The notes under the pieces: model-generated
The model's input: only the letters and a program-made list of their open reading frames with translations
Told to the model about the DNA's origin: nothing
The model's database searches: none
Translations under genes and position numbers: made by a program
Assembly (NCBI GenBank): GCA_001430755.1
Contig: CP013062.1
Location: forward strand, 120,001 to 152,000
Direction of reading: 5' to 3'
DNA length: 32,000 bases
DNA from: Candidatus Peribacter riflensis
GTDB taxonomy: Bacteria; Patescibacteriota; Gracilibacteria; Peribacterales; Peribacteraceae
Shown here: positions 22,734-30,211 of the stretch, piece by piece
How positions within the stretch are numbered: position 1 is the first letter of the stretch
How the letters are laid out: the number at the start of each line of letters is the position of its first letter

Positions 22734-24668
22734 ATGGCGGACCATGAGCGCCAGTTCCGCGAGTCACTCGCGTACCTTCGGGTGCGTGACCGCGCCGACG
22801 TGGAGCGCGCTTTAGCTCGCGCCGTCGAGTATCACGCCGGGCAGAAGCGGGTGACGGGTGACGATTATGTGACGCACCCCATCGCGACAGCGCTGTATCT
22901 GGCCCAATTGGAGGCGCAGAAAGACATGCTCATCGCAGCACTTCTGCACGATACCGTCGAAGACGGCCACGCGACATTCGACCAGATTGAGAGTGAGTTC
23001 GGACAGACGGTGGCTCGTCTGGTGGAGGGAGTGACGAAGATGAGCAAGCGTCTGTATGAGGGCAGGATCTCGGACCGGCAAGTTGCCTCGCTCCGGAAGA
23101 TGCTGCTCATGGCGAATGACGACTTGCGCGTCATTCTCATCAAGCTCGCCGACCGTCTGCACAACATCGAGACGCTCTCGGCCCTGCGGTCGCAGAAGCA
23201 GGAGCGCATCGCGCTCGAGACGCTCGATATCTACGTGCCGTTCGCCCGGCTCGTGGGATGGTGGGAGGCGAAAGAGCGGTTCGAGAACGTGTGCTTTCCC
23301 ATCGCGTACCCGCAGGAGAGTGCGGAGTGGCGGCAGGCGGTTGAGCGCGTGCGCGCCGAGGTGCGCGCCGAGCGCACACAGTTCATCCGGCAGGTGGACC
23401 AGGAGACCGGTGCCGAGGTCCGTGCCGAGATGTCGCTCATGACCGACTATGAGATTTTTGTGAAGATGCACCGCATCGTGAGTCGCCTCACGAATGCCAA
23501 TGCCATCGATTCGGGCCTGGTGGTGGTGCAGCGTCCCTCGCCCTTCGAGTGTTACTGGGTGCTGGGTGAAATACACGAGCACCATCAGGCACGTCCGGCC
23601 TCCTTTCGCGACTACATCTCGACGCCGCAGCCCAATGGGTACCGCGCCCTGCACACGACGGTATTCCTCTCGCGCAACCACGAGTTCCGCCTGCGCATTC
23701 AGACATCGTCCATGCATGAGTACTCGTTCAAGCGCAAGATTTCGTCCTGGGAACCCGAGAAGGAGGGCGACGTCTGCCACGCGCTGGGCGCACTACACGC
23801 GTTCGCATTCGATGACCGGCAGTACCTGCAGGATCTGCAGCAGACGATACTGGCCGAGCGCATCAACGTCTTCACCAGTTCGGGCGAAGTCATCACGCTC
23901 CCCGCCGGCGCGACCGGTGTGGATTTTGCCTATGAAGTTGATCCGGATTGCATCCGCGAACTCGCGGGTATCCGGGTGGATGGCAGCGAGGTATCGGAGG
24001 CCACGCGTGAGCTGAAGGAGGGGGAGACCGTGGAGCTTGTGCTCCTCAACGGCGGCAAGTCCGACCGGAGATCGGTGTGGGTGGACAAAGTGAAGTCCGT
24101 GCGCGCGCGCGAGCGGTTGCGGCAGACGTTGAAGCGGCACCCCAAATCGGAGCGCCGGCGCGAGGGGGCCAGCCTGCTCAAGGCCGAGTGCGTCAAATAC
24201 CGCCTGCCGATCTGGTGGCTGTTCCACTTCAGCCCTCTGCAGGCGCGCCTGGCGCAGAAGTGCGGATTCGATTCTTTCGATGCGCTCCTCGAATCGGTGG
24301 GCAGCGGGCTGGTGGCAGTCAGTACGGTCATTGAGGCATACCGTCTCCTGCTCATCACGCCGACCAGCTGGCCCATCCGCATTCTGAAGTGGCTGCACCT
24401 GCTCCCTCGCACCCGCGTGCTCAACAAAGAAGCTTCCCTCATTGATATCGAGATCTATTCCCAGGACCAGCCCGGCATGATCTACAGCATTTCCAAATGT
24501 TTTGCGGAGCGCAGTATCAACATCTCGAATTTCTCGGTTTATGCTATTCCGCCTCTGGATGCCCTCTACAAAATCCGCCTGGAGGTCAAAAATTTCAAGC
24601 AATTCAGCGATCTGTACGATACACTCCTCGAAGTGCCGGGGGTGAGGCGCATCTTGCGTAAACGTTGA
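22734..24668 (+). CDS. Long RelA/SpoT homolog (HD hydrolase, synthetase-like, TGS and ACT domains); the synthetase motifs look degenerate
   Basis: 644 aa. The HD domain is very well conserved (YVTHPIATALYL...ALLHDTVEDGHATFDQIESEFG...VEGVTKMSK...IKLADRLHNIETL). The synthetase-fold core DYISTPQPNGYRALHTTVF is present. The TGS domain reads VFTSSGEVITLPAGATGVDFAYEV. The C-terminal ACT-like segment reads IDIEIYSQDQPGMIYSISKCFAERSINISNFSV. Confidence 0.9.
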   Translation: MADHERQFRESLAYLRVRDRADVERALARAVEYHAGQKRVTGDDYVTHPIATALYLAQLEAQKDMLIAALLHDTVEDGHATFDQIESEFGQTVARLVEGVTKMSKRLYEGRISDRQVASLRKMLLMANDDLRVILIKLADRLHNIETLSALRSQKQERIALETLDIYVPFARLVGWWEAKERFENVCFPIAYPQESAEWRQAVERVRAEVRAERTQFIRQVDQETGAEVRAEMSLMTDYEIFVKMHRIVSRLTNANAIDSGLVVVQRPSPFECYWVLGEIHEHHQARPASFRDYISTPQPNGYRALHTTVFLSRNHEFRLRIQTSSMHEYSFKRKISSWEPEKEGDVCHALGALHAFAFDDRQYLQDLQQTILAERINVFTSSGEVITLPAGATGVDFAYEVDPDCIRELAGIRVDGSEVSEATRELKEGETVELVLLNGGKSDRRSVWVDKVKSVRARERLRQTLKRHPKSERRREGASLLKAECVKYRLPIWWLFHFSPLQARLAQKCGFDSFDALLESVGSGLVAVSTVIEAYRLLLITPTSWPIRILKWLHLLPRTRVLNKEASLIDIEIYSQDQPGMIYSISKCFAERSINISNFSVYAIPPLDALYKIRLEVKNFKQFSDLYDTLLEVPGVRRILRKR

Positions 24669-24700
24669 AATTGTGTCAGTATTTGCTCCTTCTCCCCACT

Positions 24701-25870
24701 ATGGAGGAACGTTTCGTTGACGCCCCCATCGATCCTATCGCCGTGTTCTTCCAAGATACGGCTGATGCCTATGATGACTATTTGCATGAAGGAGCGTGGG
24801 GCAAGAACATGCAGTTGTACGCCGCGCAGTGGGCCCAACACTACAAGTGGATGGACAGCATCATCGCGAACAGAATCCTTGAAGTGTCGGAGATGACGGG
24901 CCGTCCACTCGGCAAGATGAATCTGGGGCTGGCGGGACCGGGGTTCAAGCCCGTGGGGCATGACATCAGCGAGCACACGGCGACAGTGATCCTGAATCGT
25001 CTTCATCGGATCATCGTCATCGATTTCTCGCTCCAGGCTGTCCGTTCTGCCGTAAAGGATCTCATCCAGGCCGGGGTGCATCCCGACCGTGTGTTCGGCA
25101 TGCAGTTCGACCTCACGCGGGGATTGAGCACGATGTTCCGCACACACATTGATACACTTCTGCAGAACGTGGAGACAGAACAGCAGTTCTGTGATGTGGC
25201 CACGAACGAGTTCCCGAAGGTCACCGTCGATGAGCTGCAACAGCAACTGGGTTCCGCGCTCATCGAAATCGCCGACAACCCGCGTTCGATGGTGGGGGAA
25301 GTTGTGGGAGCCAAGAGTGCGGGAGACCTGCGCATCAAAGTGAATCAGGGCGAGGAGGTTCCGTTGCATCTCACGGTTCTGCCGATGGTGATCGCGGGGA
25401 CGAACGCCGCCACCGAGTCCCACCTGTACGAGCGTTGGCACGAGGCGACATCAGACGAAGCGCGCGCGGCCCGGAGCCCGAGTGCGCGCAGGGAGCATGA
25501 CCGCCACAGCGTGTACCGCCACATTCACCAGATGGTCGCCCAGAATAACTCCGAAATCGGCGCACGCATCGTTTCACGCTTCATCAAGGACAACATCACG
25601 CCCGACAATCCCCAGCCCGTTGTCTGCGCACTCACAGATATCGCGACGAGCTTCAACGATCCCCCGTACGGGCTCATGCCCCGTCTGCACCCCGATGTCT
25701 TCGAGTGGCGCGTGGGCGAGATGGGGGGCATGTCCACCATGCGGCATCCGCACACATTCAAAGAGGCTCCCGACCATGATCACATTGTGGCCGAAGTGCA
25801 GGTGACGCCCTCGCCCGAATCACTGGAGAGAGAGCAGCAATCATCTACATTGCCTCCGTCCGCCACCTGA
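24701..25870 (+). CDS. Hypothetical protein (389 aa); weak resemblance to a Rossmann/class I methyltransferase fold
   Basis: From ORF 24665..25870; the track start is a TTG overlapping the RSH stop. The first ATG, 24701, is preceded by a pyrimidine-rich leader (ctccttctccccact). NLGLAGPG...IIVIDFSLQAV...GMQFDLT is only vaguely reminiscent of SAM-MTase motifs I-III. There is no firm assignment. Confidence 0.6.
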   Translation: MEERFVDAPIDPIAVFFQDTADAYDDYLHEGAWGKNMQLYAAQWAQHYKWMDSIIANRILEVSEMTGRPLGKMNLGLAGPGFKPVGHDISEHTATVILNRLHRIIVIDFSLQAVRSAVKDLIQAGVHPDRVFGMQFDLTRGLSTMFRTHIDTLLQNVETEQQFCDVATNEFPKVTVDELQQQLGSALIEIADNPRSMVGEVVGAKSAGDLRIKVNQGEEVPLHLTVLPMVIAGTNAATESHLYERWHEATSDEARAARSPSARREHDRHSVYRHIHQMVAQNNSEIGARIVSRFIKDNITPDNPQPVVCALTDIATSFNDPPYGLMPRLHPDVFEWRVGEMGGMSTMRHPHTFKEAPDHDHIVAEVQVTPSPESLEREQQSSTLPPSAT

Positions 25871-25903
25871 TCGTGCAGCCAAAGTGGCATGCCCCCACTC
25901 CTT

Positions 25904-26042
25904 TTGGAGCTTTGGATGGCAAGTGCTTCTACGCTTTCCATTTGATGCTGCACCCGATGGCATTCCCACCTTCGCTCCTCTTGGAGCTTCGGCGGGCAGG
26001 GGCTTCTAGTTTTTCCATTTAATACTGCATCCAATTGCATTC
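25904..26042. repeat. Imperfect tandem duplication (period 77 nt, 62-nt alignable core) of the 3' end and 3' flank of the thioredoxin-fold gene
   Basis: Copy A at 25904-25965 and copy B at 25981-26042 were aligned by eye, with about 12 mismatches in 62 nt. Copy B encodes the real C-terminus, ANAIGCSIKWKN-TAG. Copy A encodes NAIGCSIKWKA-TAG on the minus strand. Confidence 0.75.
25929..25973 (-). pseudogene. Orphan relic of the thioredoxin-fold gene C-terminus (…EGGNAIGCSIKWKA-stop)
   Basis: The minus strand reads gaa ggt ggg aat gcc atc ggg tgc agc atc aaa tgg aaa gcg tag. Ten consecutive residues are identical to the functional C-terminus, with no upstream coding continuation. Confidence 0.6.
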
Positions 26043-26560
26043 GCTTCCGGAACAGGGGGTTCGCGGTTCTCGACCAGCGCATCAATGGCATTCCAGAGAT
26101 CGCGATGCTTCACCTGATCCGGATGTTCCCAGTTATCGTCCACACGGCCCTTGTACTGGAGCGTTCTGTCGCGTCCGAAGACGAAGCAGTGCGGGGTACA
26201 GAGCGCGCCGAAGGAACGGGCGACCTCCTGCGTTTCGTCGAAGCAGTACGGACAGGGATAGCCCTTTTCCTGATAGCGCTCCTTCATGGCTTCGAAAGAA
26301 TCTTGCGGATAATCCGTCGGGTCATTGCTGTTCACCAGAATGAATTGCACGCCCTCCTGATCGAAATGCTCGGCCATGGTGAGGATCCGGTCTTCGTAGG
26401 CCTGGGCGTACGGACAGTGATTGCAGGTGAAGATCACGACGAGGAACGGATCTTTGATGCCGCGCGTATCCACCGTGAGCCCATCGACGGCGGGGAGCCT
26501 GAAGTGCGGGAGCAGATCGCCGATTGCGAGGGCGGAGGAGTTTGAATTGATGAGTGTCAT
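26006..26560 (-). CDS. Thioredoxin-fold (AhpC/TSA-redoxin-like) protein with a CxxC motif
   Basis: C-terminal 184 codons of ORF 26006..26983, starting at ATG 26560 (MTLINSNSSALAIGDLLPHF). Motifs: FLVVIFTCNHCPYAQAYEDR, VNSNDPTDYPQDSFEAMK, PYCFDETQEVARSFGALCTPHCFVF and the terminal GCSIKWK. The upstream part of the ORF is antisense to the NUDIX gene and is rejected. Confidence 0.85.
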   Translation of the reverse strand: MTLINSNSSALAIGDLLPHFRLPAVDGLTVDTRGIKDPFLVVIFTCNHCPYAQAYEDRILTMAEHFDQEGVQFILVNSNDPTDYPQDSFEAMKERYQEKGYPCPYCFDETQEVARSFGALCTPHCFVFGRDRTLQYKGRVDDNWEHPDQVKHRDLWNAIDALVENREPPVPEANAIGCSIKWKN

Positions 26561-26603
26561 GGGATAGGGGGTAGGGTTAGGGGGGAGGGTTAGGGGGGAG
26601 GGG
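26561..26603 (+). other. G-quadruplex-type tract of seven G-runs, including a tandem GAGGGTTAGGGGG unit
   Basis: GGG ATA GGGGG TA GGG TTA GGGGGG A GGG TTA GGGGGG A GGGG, read directly. The tract lies between the divergent thioredoxin-fold and NUDIX genes. Its C-rich complement forms the whole 5' leader of the thioredoxin-fold gene, right up to the ATG. Confidence 0.55.
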
Positions 26604-26617
26604 AAGCGAACCTTCAG

Positions 26618-26623
26618 TATACT
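26618..26623. promoter_or_regulatory. Palindromic -10 element aGTATACt usable on both strands
   Basis: On the plus strand TATACT lies 9 nt upstream of the NUDIX ATG at 26633. The octamer AGTATACT is its own reverse complement, so the minus strand also reads TATACT. That would start a C-rich leader of about 50 nt for the thioredoxin-fold gene. Confidence 0.45.
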
Positions 26624-26632
26624 CCAAGCCTC

Positions 26633-27154
26633 ATGGAACGACATTTCACCGCTTCGGCCTTCGTGGTGGATTCCCACAGTCGCACGCTCCTGCTCTGGCA
26701 TAAGCGCCTCAAGCGCTGGATGCCGCCGGGCGGCCACGTGGATCCCGGCGAGTTGCCGGAAGAGACAGCCCGGCGCGAGTGCAAGGAGGAAATGGGACTC
26801 GATGTGGAGATCATCGGAGAGGAGCAGGCCGATGTCTTTGCGGGGAATCCGGAGGAGGGGAGCATCCTCAAAAAGCCGATCGCGCTCCTGCTCGAACATA
26901 TCCCCGCTTCCAAAGAGCGCAACGAACCCGCTCACCAGCACATGGATTTTGTCTTCTTGGCGCGTCCCCTCGATGAGGCGCAAGCCCTCTGCCTGGCTCG
27001 GGACGAGGGGGAGCGGCTCTGCTGGTTCACCAGCGATGAAATCGCCGCTCTAGACGAAAGAACAGAGATCTTCGCGAATGTGAAGCGATACATCCTCTCG
27101 ATCCTCACTTCTTCTTCGGCTTCGCCAGCATCCCGCCCAGGTACTCGCCGGTGA
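26633..27154 (+). CDS. NUDIX hydrolase
   Basis: 173 aa. The Nudix box GGHVDPGELPEETARRECKEEMGLDV matches GX5EX7REUXEEXGU. The last 50 nt overlap the convergent uvrA 3' end. Confidence 0.85.
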   Translation: MERHFTASAFVVDSHSRTLLLWHKRLKRWMPPGGHVDPGELPEETARRECKEEMGLDVEIIGEEQADVFAGNPEEGSILKKPIALLLEHIPASKERNEPAHQHMDFVFLARPLDEAQALCLARDEGERLCWFTSDEIAALDERTEIFANVKRYILSILTSSSASPASRPGTRR

Positions 27155-30032
27155 AGCTGCCCTTTGCCTTCGCCACCTCCTCCGGCGTCCCCTGCGCGAC
27201 GATTTTTCCGCCGGCATCGCCGCCCTCCGGTCCCAGGTCCAGCACGTAATCCACCGATTTGATCACATCCAGGTTATGCTCGATCACGAGGACGGAGTTC
27301 CCCTTGTCCACGAGCCGTTGGAGCACGTCTAAGAGCCGTGCGATGTCGTCGAAGTGCAGGCCCGTCGTGGGTTCATCCAGAATGTAGAAGGTCTTGCCCG
27401 TCGCGCGCTTGGTGAGCTCGGTCGCCAGCTTCACGCGCTGCGCCTCTCCGCCCGAGAGGGTGGTGGCGCTCTGCCCCAGGTGCAGGTAGCCCAGCCCCAC
27501 GTCTTCGAGGGTCTGCAGCTTCTTCTTGATGCCCGGGATCGCCGAGAAGAACTCCAGCGCCTCGCGCACCGTCATGTCGAGCGCATCGGCGATATTCTTT
27601 CCTTTATAGGTGATCTCCAGCGTCTCGCGGTTGTAGCGCTGGCCTTTGCACGTCTCGCACGTCACGAACACATCGGGCAGAAAGTGCATCTCGATGCGCT
27701 TCATGCCGTCCCCTTCGCAGTCCTCGCAGCGTCCGCCTTTGACGTTAAAACTGAAGCGGCCGGTCTTGTACCCGCGCAGCTTGGATTCGGGAAGCGAGGA
27801 GTACACATCACGGATTTCGGTGAAGAGTCCGGTGTAGGTGGCGGGGTTAGAGCGCGGTGTTCGCCCGATGGGCGACTGGTCGATGACGATGGCCTTGTCG
27901 AGGTGTTCCAGCCCCTCGATCGCACCGCAGTCCTGGGCGCGCGACTTGGCGCCATTCAGCACCCGCTGCAGCTCCGGCCCGAGGATGCCGTGGATGAGGC
28001 TCGATTTTCCCGAGCCCGAAATGCCCGTCACGCCGATGAAGGTTCCGAGCGGGAGGGTGACATCGATGTGCTGCAGGTTGTGATGGTGTGCGTCGCGGAT
28101 GGTGAGCGATTTTCCGTTGCCCTTGCGGCGCTTGTCCGGCACGGGAATCGCCTTCTTGCCGCTCAAGTACTGGCCGGTCACGGATGCAGGATTCTTCACG
28201 ATCTCCTCTGGCGTGCCCTGCGCCACGATCTCGCCGCCGTACTTTCCCGCACCGGGTCCGATCTCGAGCAGAAAATCCGCCGCACGCATCGTCTCTTCGT
28301 CGTGCTCCACCACAATGACGGTGTTACCCAGTTCACGCAGCCGTGTGAGGGTCGCAATGAGACGGGCGTTGTCGCGCTGGTGCAGACCGATACTGGGTTC
28401 ATCCAGGACGTAGAGCACGCCCTGCAGCGCGGAGCCGATCTGCGTGGCCAGGCGGATGCGCTGTGCCTCGCCGCCCGAGAGCGTTGCGGCCGAGCGCGAG
28501 AGGGTTAAGTACGTGAGCCCCACGTTCTCGAGAAAGCTCAAGCGCGCGATGATCTCGCGCAGGATCTTGTTTACCACGGCATACGCGTAGTCCGAGAGCG
28601 GCGTGATGGCGGGCAGATGCGTAACGGTTGCGATGCCGGGTATCGTTTTGCGCTTGGCTTCCGGCACGAGCGCGACGAAGAAAGCCTTGGCCTGCGCCAC
28701 GCTCAGGTCCGTCACGTCTACGATGTTTCGGTCGCCCACGGTCACGCCGAGGATCTCTTTCTTCAGGCGTCTGCCCTGACACGAGGGGCAGGGGAGCTCG
28801 AGCATGTACTCCTCGATCTGCTGGCGCACGTAGCTCGAGTCGGTCTCGCGGTGGCGCCGCTCGAGATTGGGGATCACCCCCTCGAAACTCGTTTCGTAGT
28901 TCCCGTCAAATTTCTCGCTCTCGAAGGCGACCATGAGCTTTTCGGCCGATCCATGGAGGATGGCCTCCCGTTCTTCGGGTGCGAGCTTCTCCCAAGGCGT
29001 ATCCATGCTGAATCCCAGGCGCTCTGCAAGCGCTTCCAAGAGGCGCGTGGTGAAACCCATGCGCGAAACGGATGTGGCCCACGGATGCACGGCACCCTCC
29101 GACAGCGAGAGACGGGGGTTGGGGATGAGCACCGCTTCATCCACCTGCAGAATCGCCCCGAGTCCGTGGCAGACTTCGCAGGCGCCGTGCGGGGAATTGA
29201 ACGAGAAGTTCCGCGGTTCGAGCTGCGCGACGGCCTCGTTGGGATGATCAGGGCAGACGAACTGTTCCGAGAAGCGCGTTTCTTTGTTCGTGTCGCTCTC
29301 GAGCACGATGATCGAGTTTTCGCCCTTCTTGAGCGCAAGCTCCACGGAATCCGCAAGGCGCGTGCGATTGGGATTGCTCTGTCCCTCCTTTACTTCGAGA
29401 TCGCGGACGATGAGGCGGTCCACGACGATTTCGATGGTGTGCGACTTCTTCGGATCGAGTTCTGTCTCTTCATCCGTCGTGACGATCTGACCATCCACCC
29501 GCATGCGCACAAATCCCTCGCGGCGGATCAGGTCGAGGATCTTCACGTGCGATCCTTTGCGTCCCTCGACGAGGGGGGATAAGAGGAAAATTTTCGTCCC
29601 CTCCGGCATCTGCGCGATGGTCTCGATGATCTGCGTTGAAGACTGCTGGGTGAGCTGGCGACCGCAGACGGTGCAGTGCACGCTGCCCGCTTTTGCCCAG
29701 AGCAGACGCATGTAGTCGTAGATCTCGGTCACCGTTCCCACGGTGGAGCGGGGGTTTCGGGGCGAGGTCTTCTGATCAATCGAGATGGCCGGCGACAGGC
29801 CCTCGATCGACTCCACCTCCGGCTTTTCCATCTGCGCGATGAACTGGCGCGCGTAGGCGGAAAGGCTCTCGACGTAGCGGCGCTGCCCTTCGGCGAAGAT
29901 CGTGTCGAAGGCGAGCGACGACTTGCCCGAGCCGGATAACCCCGTGATGACCGTCAGCTTGTTCCTCGGAATCGTCACATCCACGTTCTTGAGGTTGTGC
30001 ATCCTCGCGCCTTTGACGATGATTGCATCCAT
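27105..30032 (-). CDS. uvrA: Excinuclease ABC subunit A
   Basis: From ORF 27105..30149, start set at ATG 30032 ([64 protein letters not shown]). Zinc-finger Cys clusters, both ABC modules (second Walker [14 protein letters not shown]; signatures LSGGEAQR twice) and the length (975 aa) are all canonical. Confidence 0.97.
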   Translation of the reverse strand: MDAIIVKGARMHNLKNVDVTIPRNKLTVITGLSGSGKSSLAFDTIFAEGQRRYVESLSAYARQFIAQMEKPEVESIEGLSPAISIDQKTSPRNPRSTVGTVTEIYDYMRLLWAKAGSVHCTVCGRQLTQQSSTQIIETIAQMPEGTKIFLLSPLVEGRKGSHVKILDLIRREGFVRMRVDGQIVTTDEETELDPKKSHTIEIVVDRLIVRDLEVKEGQSNPNRTRLADSVELALKKGENSIIVLESDTNKETRFSEQFVCPDHPNEAVAQLEPRNFSFNSPHGACEVCHGLGAILQVDEAVLIPNPRLSLSEGAVHPWATSVSRMGFTTRLLEALAERLGFSMDTPWEKLAPEEREAILHGSAEKLMVAFESEKFDGNYETSFEGVIPNLERRHRETDSSYVRQQIEEYMLELPCPSCQGRRLKKEILGVTVGDRNIVDVTDLSVAQAKAFFVALVPEAKRKTIPGIATVTHLPAITPLSDYAYAVVNKILREIIARLSFLENVGLTYLTLSRSAATLSGGEAQRIRLATQIGSALQGVLYVLDEPSIGLHQRDNARLIATLTRLRELGNTVIVVEHDEETMRAADFLLEIGPGAGKYGGEIVAQGTPEEIVKNPASVTGQYLSGKKAIPVPDKRRKGNGKSLTIRDAHHHNLQHIDVTLPLGTFIGVTGISGSGKSSLIHGILGPELQRVLNGAKSRAQDCGAIEGLEHLDKAIVIDQSPIGRTPRSNPATYTGLFTEIRDVYSSLPESKLRGYKTGRFSFNVKGGRCEDCEGDGMKRIEMHFLPDVFVTCETCKGQRYNRETLEITYKGKNIADALDMTVREALEFFSAIPGIKKKLQTLEDVGLGYLHLGQSATTLSGGEAQRVKLATELTKRATGKTFYILDEPTTGLHFDDIARLLDVLQRLVDKGNSVLVIEHNLDVIKSVDYVLDLGPEGGDAGGKIVAQGTPEEVAKAKGSFTGEYLGGMLAKPKKK

Positions 30033-30056
30033 CAGAAATTGTGGAATAACATAAAA

Positions 30057-30072
30057 CCCCGCGCGTGCGGGG
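30057..30072 (-). terminator. GC-rich hairpin CCCCGC-acgc-GCGGGG followed by TTTTATGTTATT on the minus strand, located upstream of the uvrA start
   Basis: A 6-bp all-GC stem with a 4-nt loop and a T-run on the minus strand only. It sits 24 nt upstream of the uvrA ATG in a divergent intergenic region, with no minus-strand gene feeding into it. Confidence 0.45.
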
Positions 30073-30197
30073 CTGAGAGCCCAGCGTAGCAAAAATTTCG
30101 AGTCCTGTCTAGGGTCTAGGGGCAATCTCGGAGGAGAAAGCCCATGCACTCATCGCTTCTTTACTGCGGAAAATCAGCGCATTCTCCCGCCGCCGGG

Positions 30198-30203
30198 TAC
30201 AAT
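30198..30203 (+). promoter_or_regulatory. TACAAT -10 hexamer 8 nt upstream of the ribE ATG 30212 (leaderless layout)
   Basis: Read directly: ccgggTACAATacgctccc-ATGttcacg. No FMN riboswitch can fit between this promoter and the start codon. Confidence 0.45.
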
Positions 30204-30211
30204 ACGCTCCC

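Noticed and set aside
26561-26603. GGGTTAG-type repeats considered as telomeric repeats or as a CRISPR/minisatellite array.
   Set aside because: Only two full units are present, embedded in a 43-nt G-tract inside a bacterial intergenic region. There are no spacers and no array structure. A local G4-type element is the better interpretation.
26561-26983. An N-terminal 141-codon extension of the thioredoxin-fold ORF (26006..26983).
   Set aside because: The extension runs antisense through the NUDIX gene and across the G/C-rich intergenic tract. Homology-like sequence only starts at MTLINS (ATG 26560).
27105-27154. The 50-nt convergent overlap of NUDIX and uvrA, and the 20-nt overlap at 4143..4162, considered as possible signs of mis-called genes.
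   Set aside because: Both partners in each pair are well supported up to their stops. Convergent 3' overlaps are common in compact genomes, so I do not treat them as findings.
30033-30211. An FMN riboswitch upstream of ribE, and T-box leaders upstream of alaS and ileS.
   Set aside because: The -10-like hexamers sit 7-10 nt from the start codons, leaving no leader. I saw none of the conserved FMN-element or T-box sequences in the intergenic regions.
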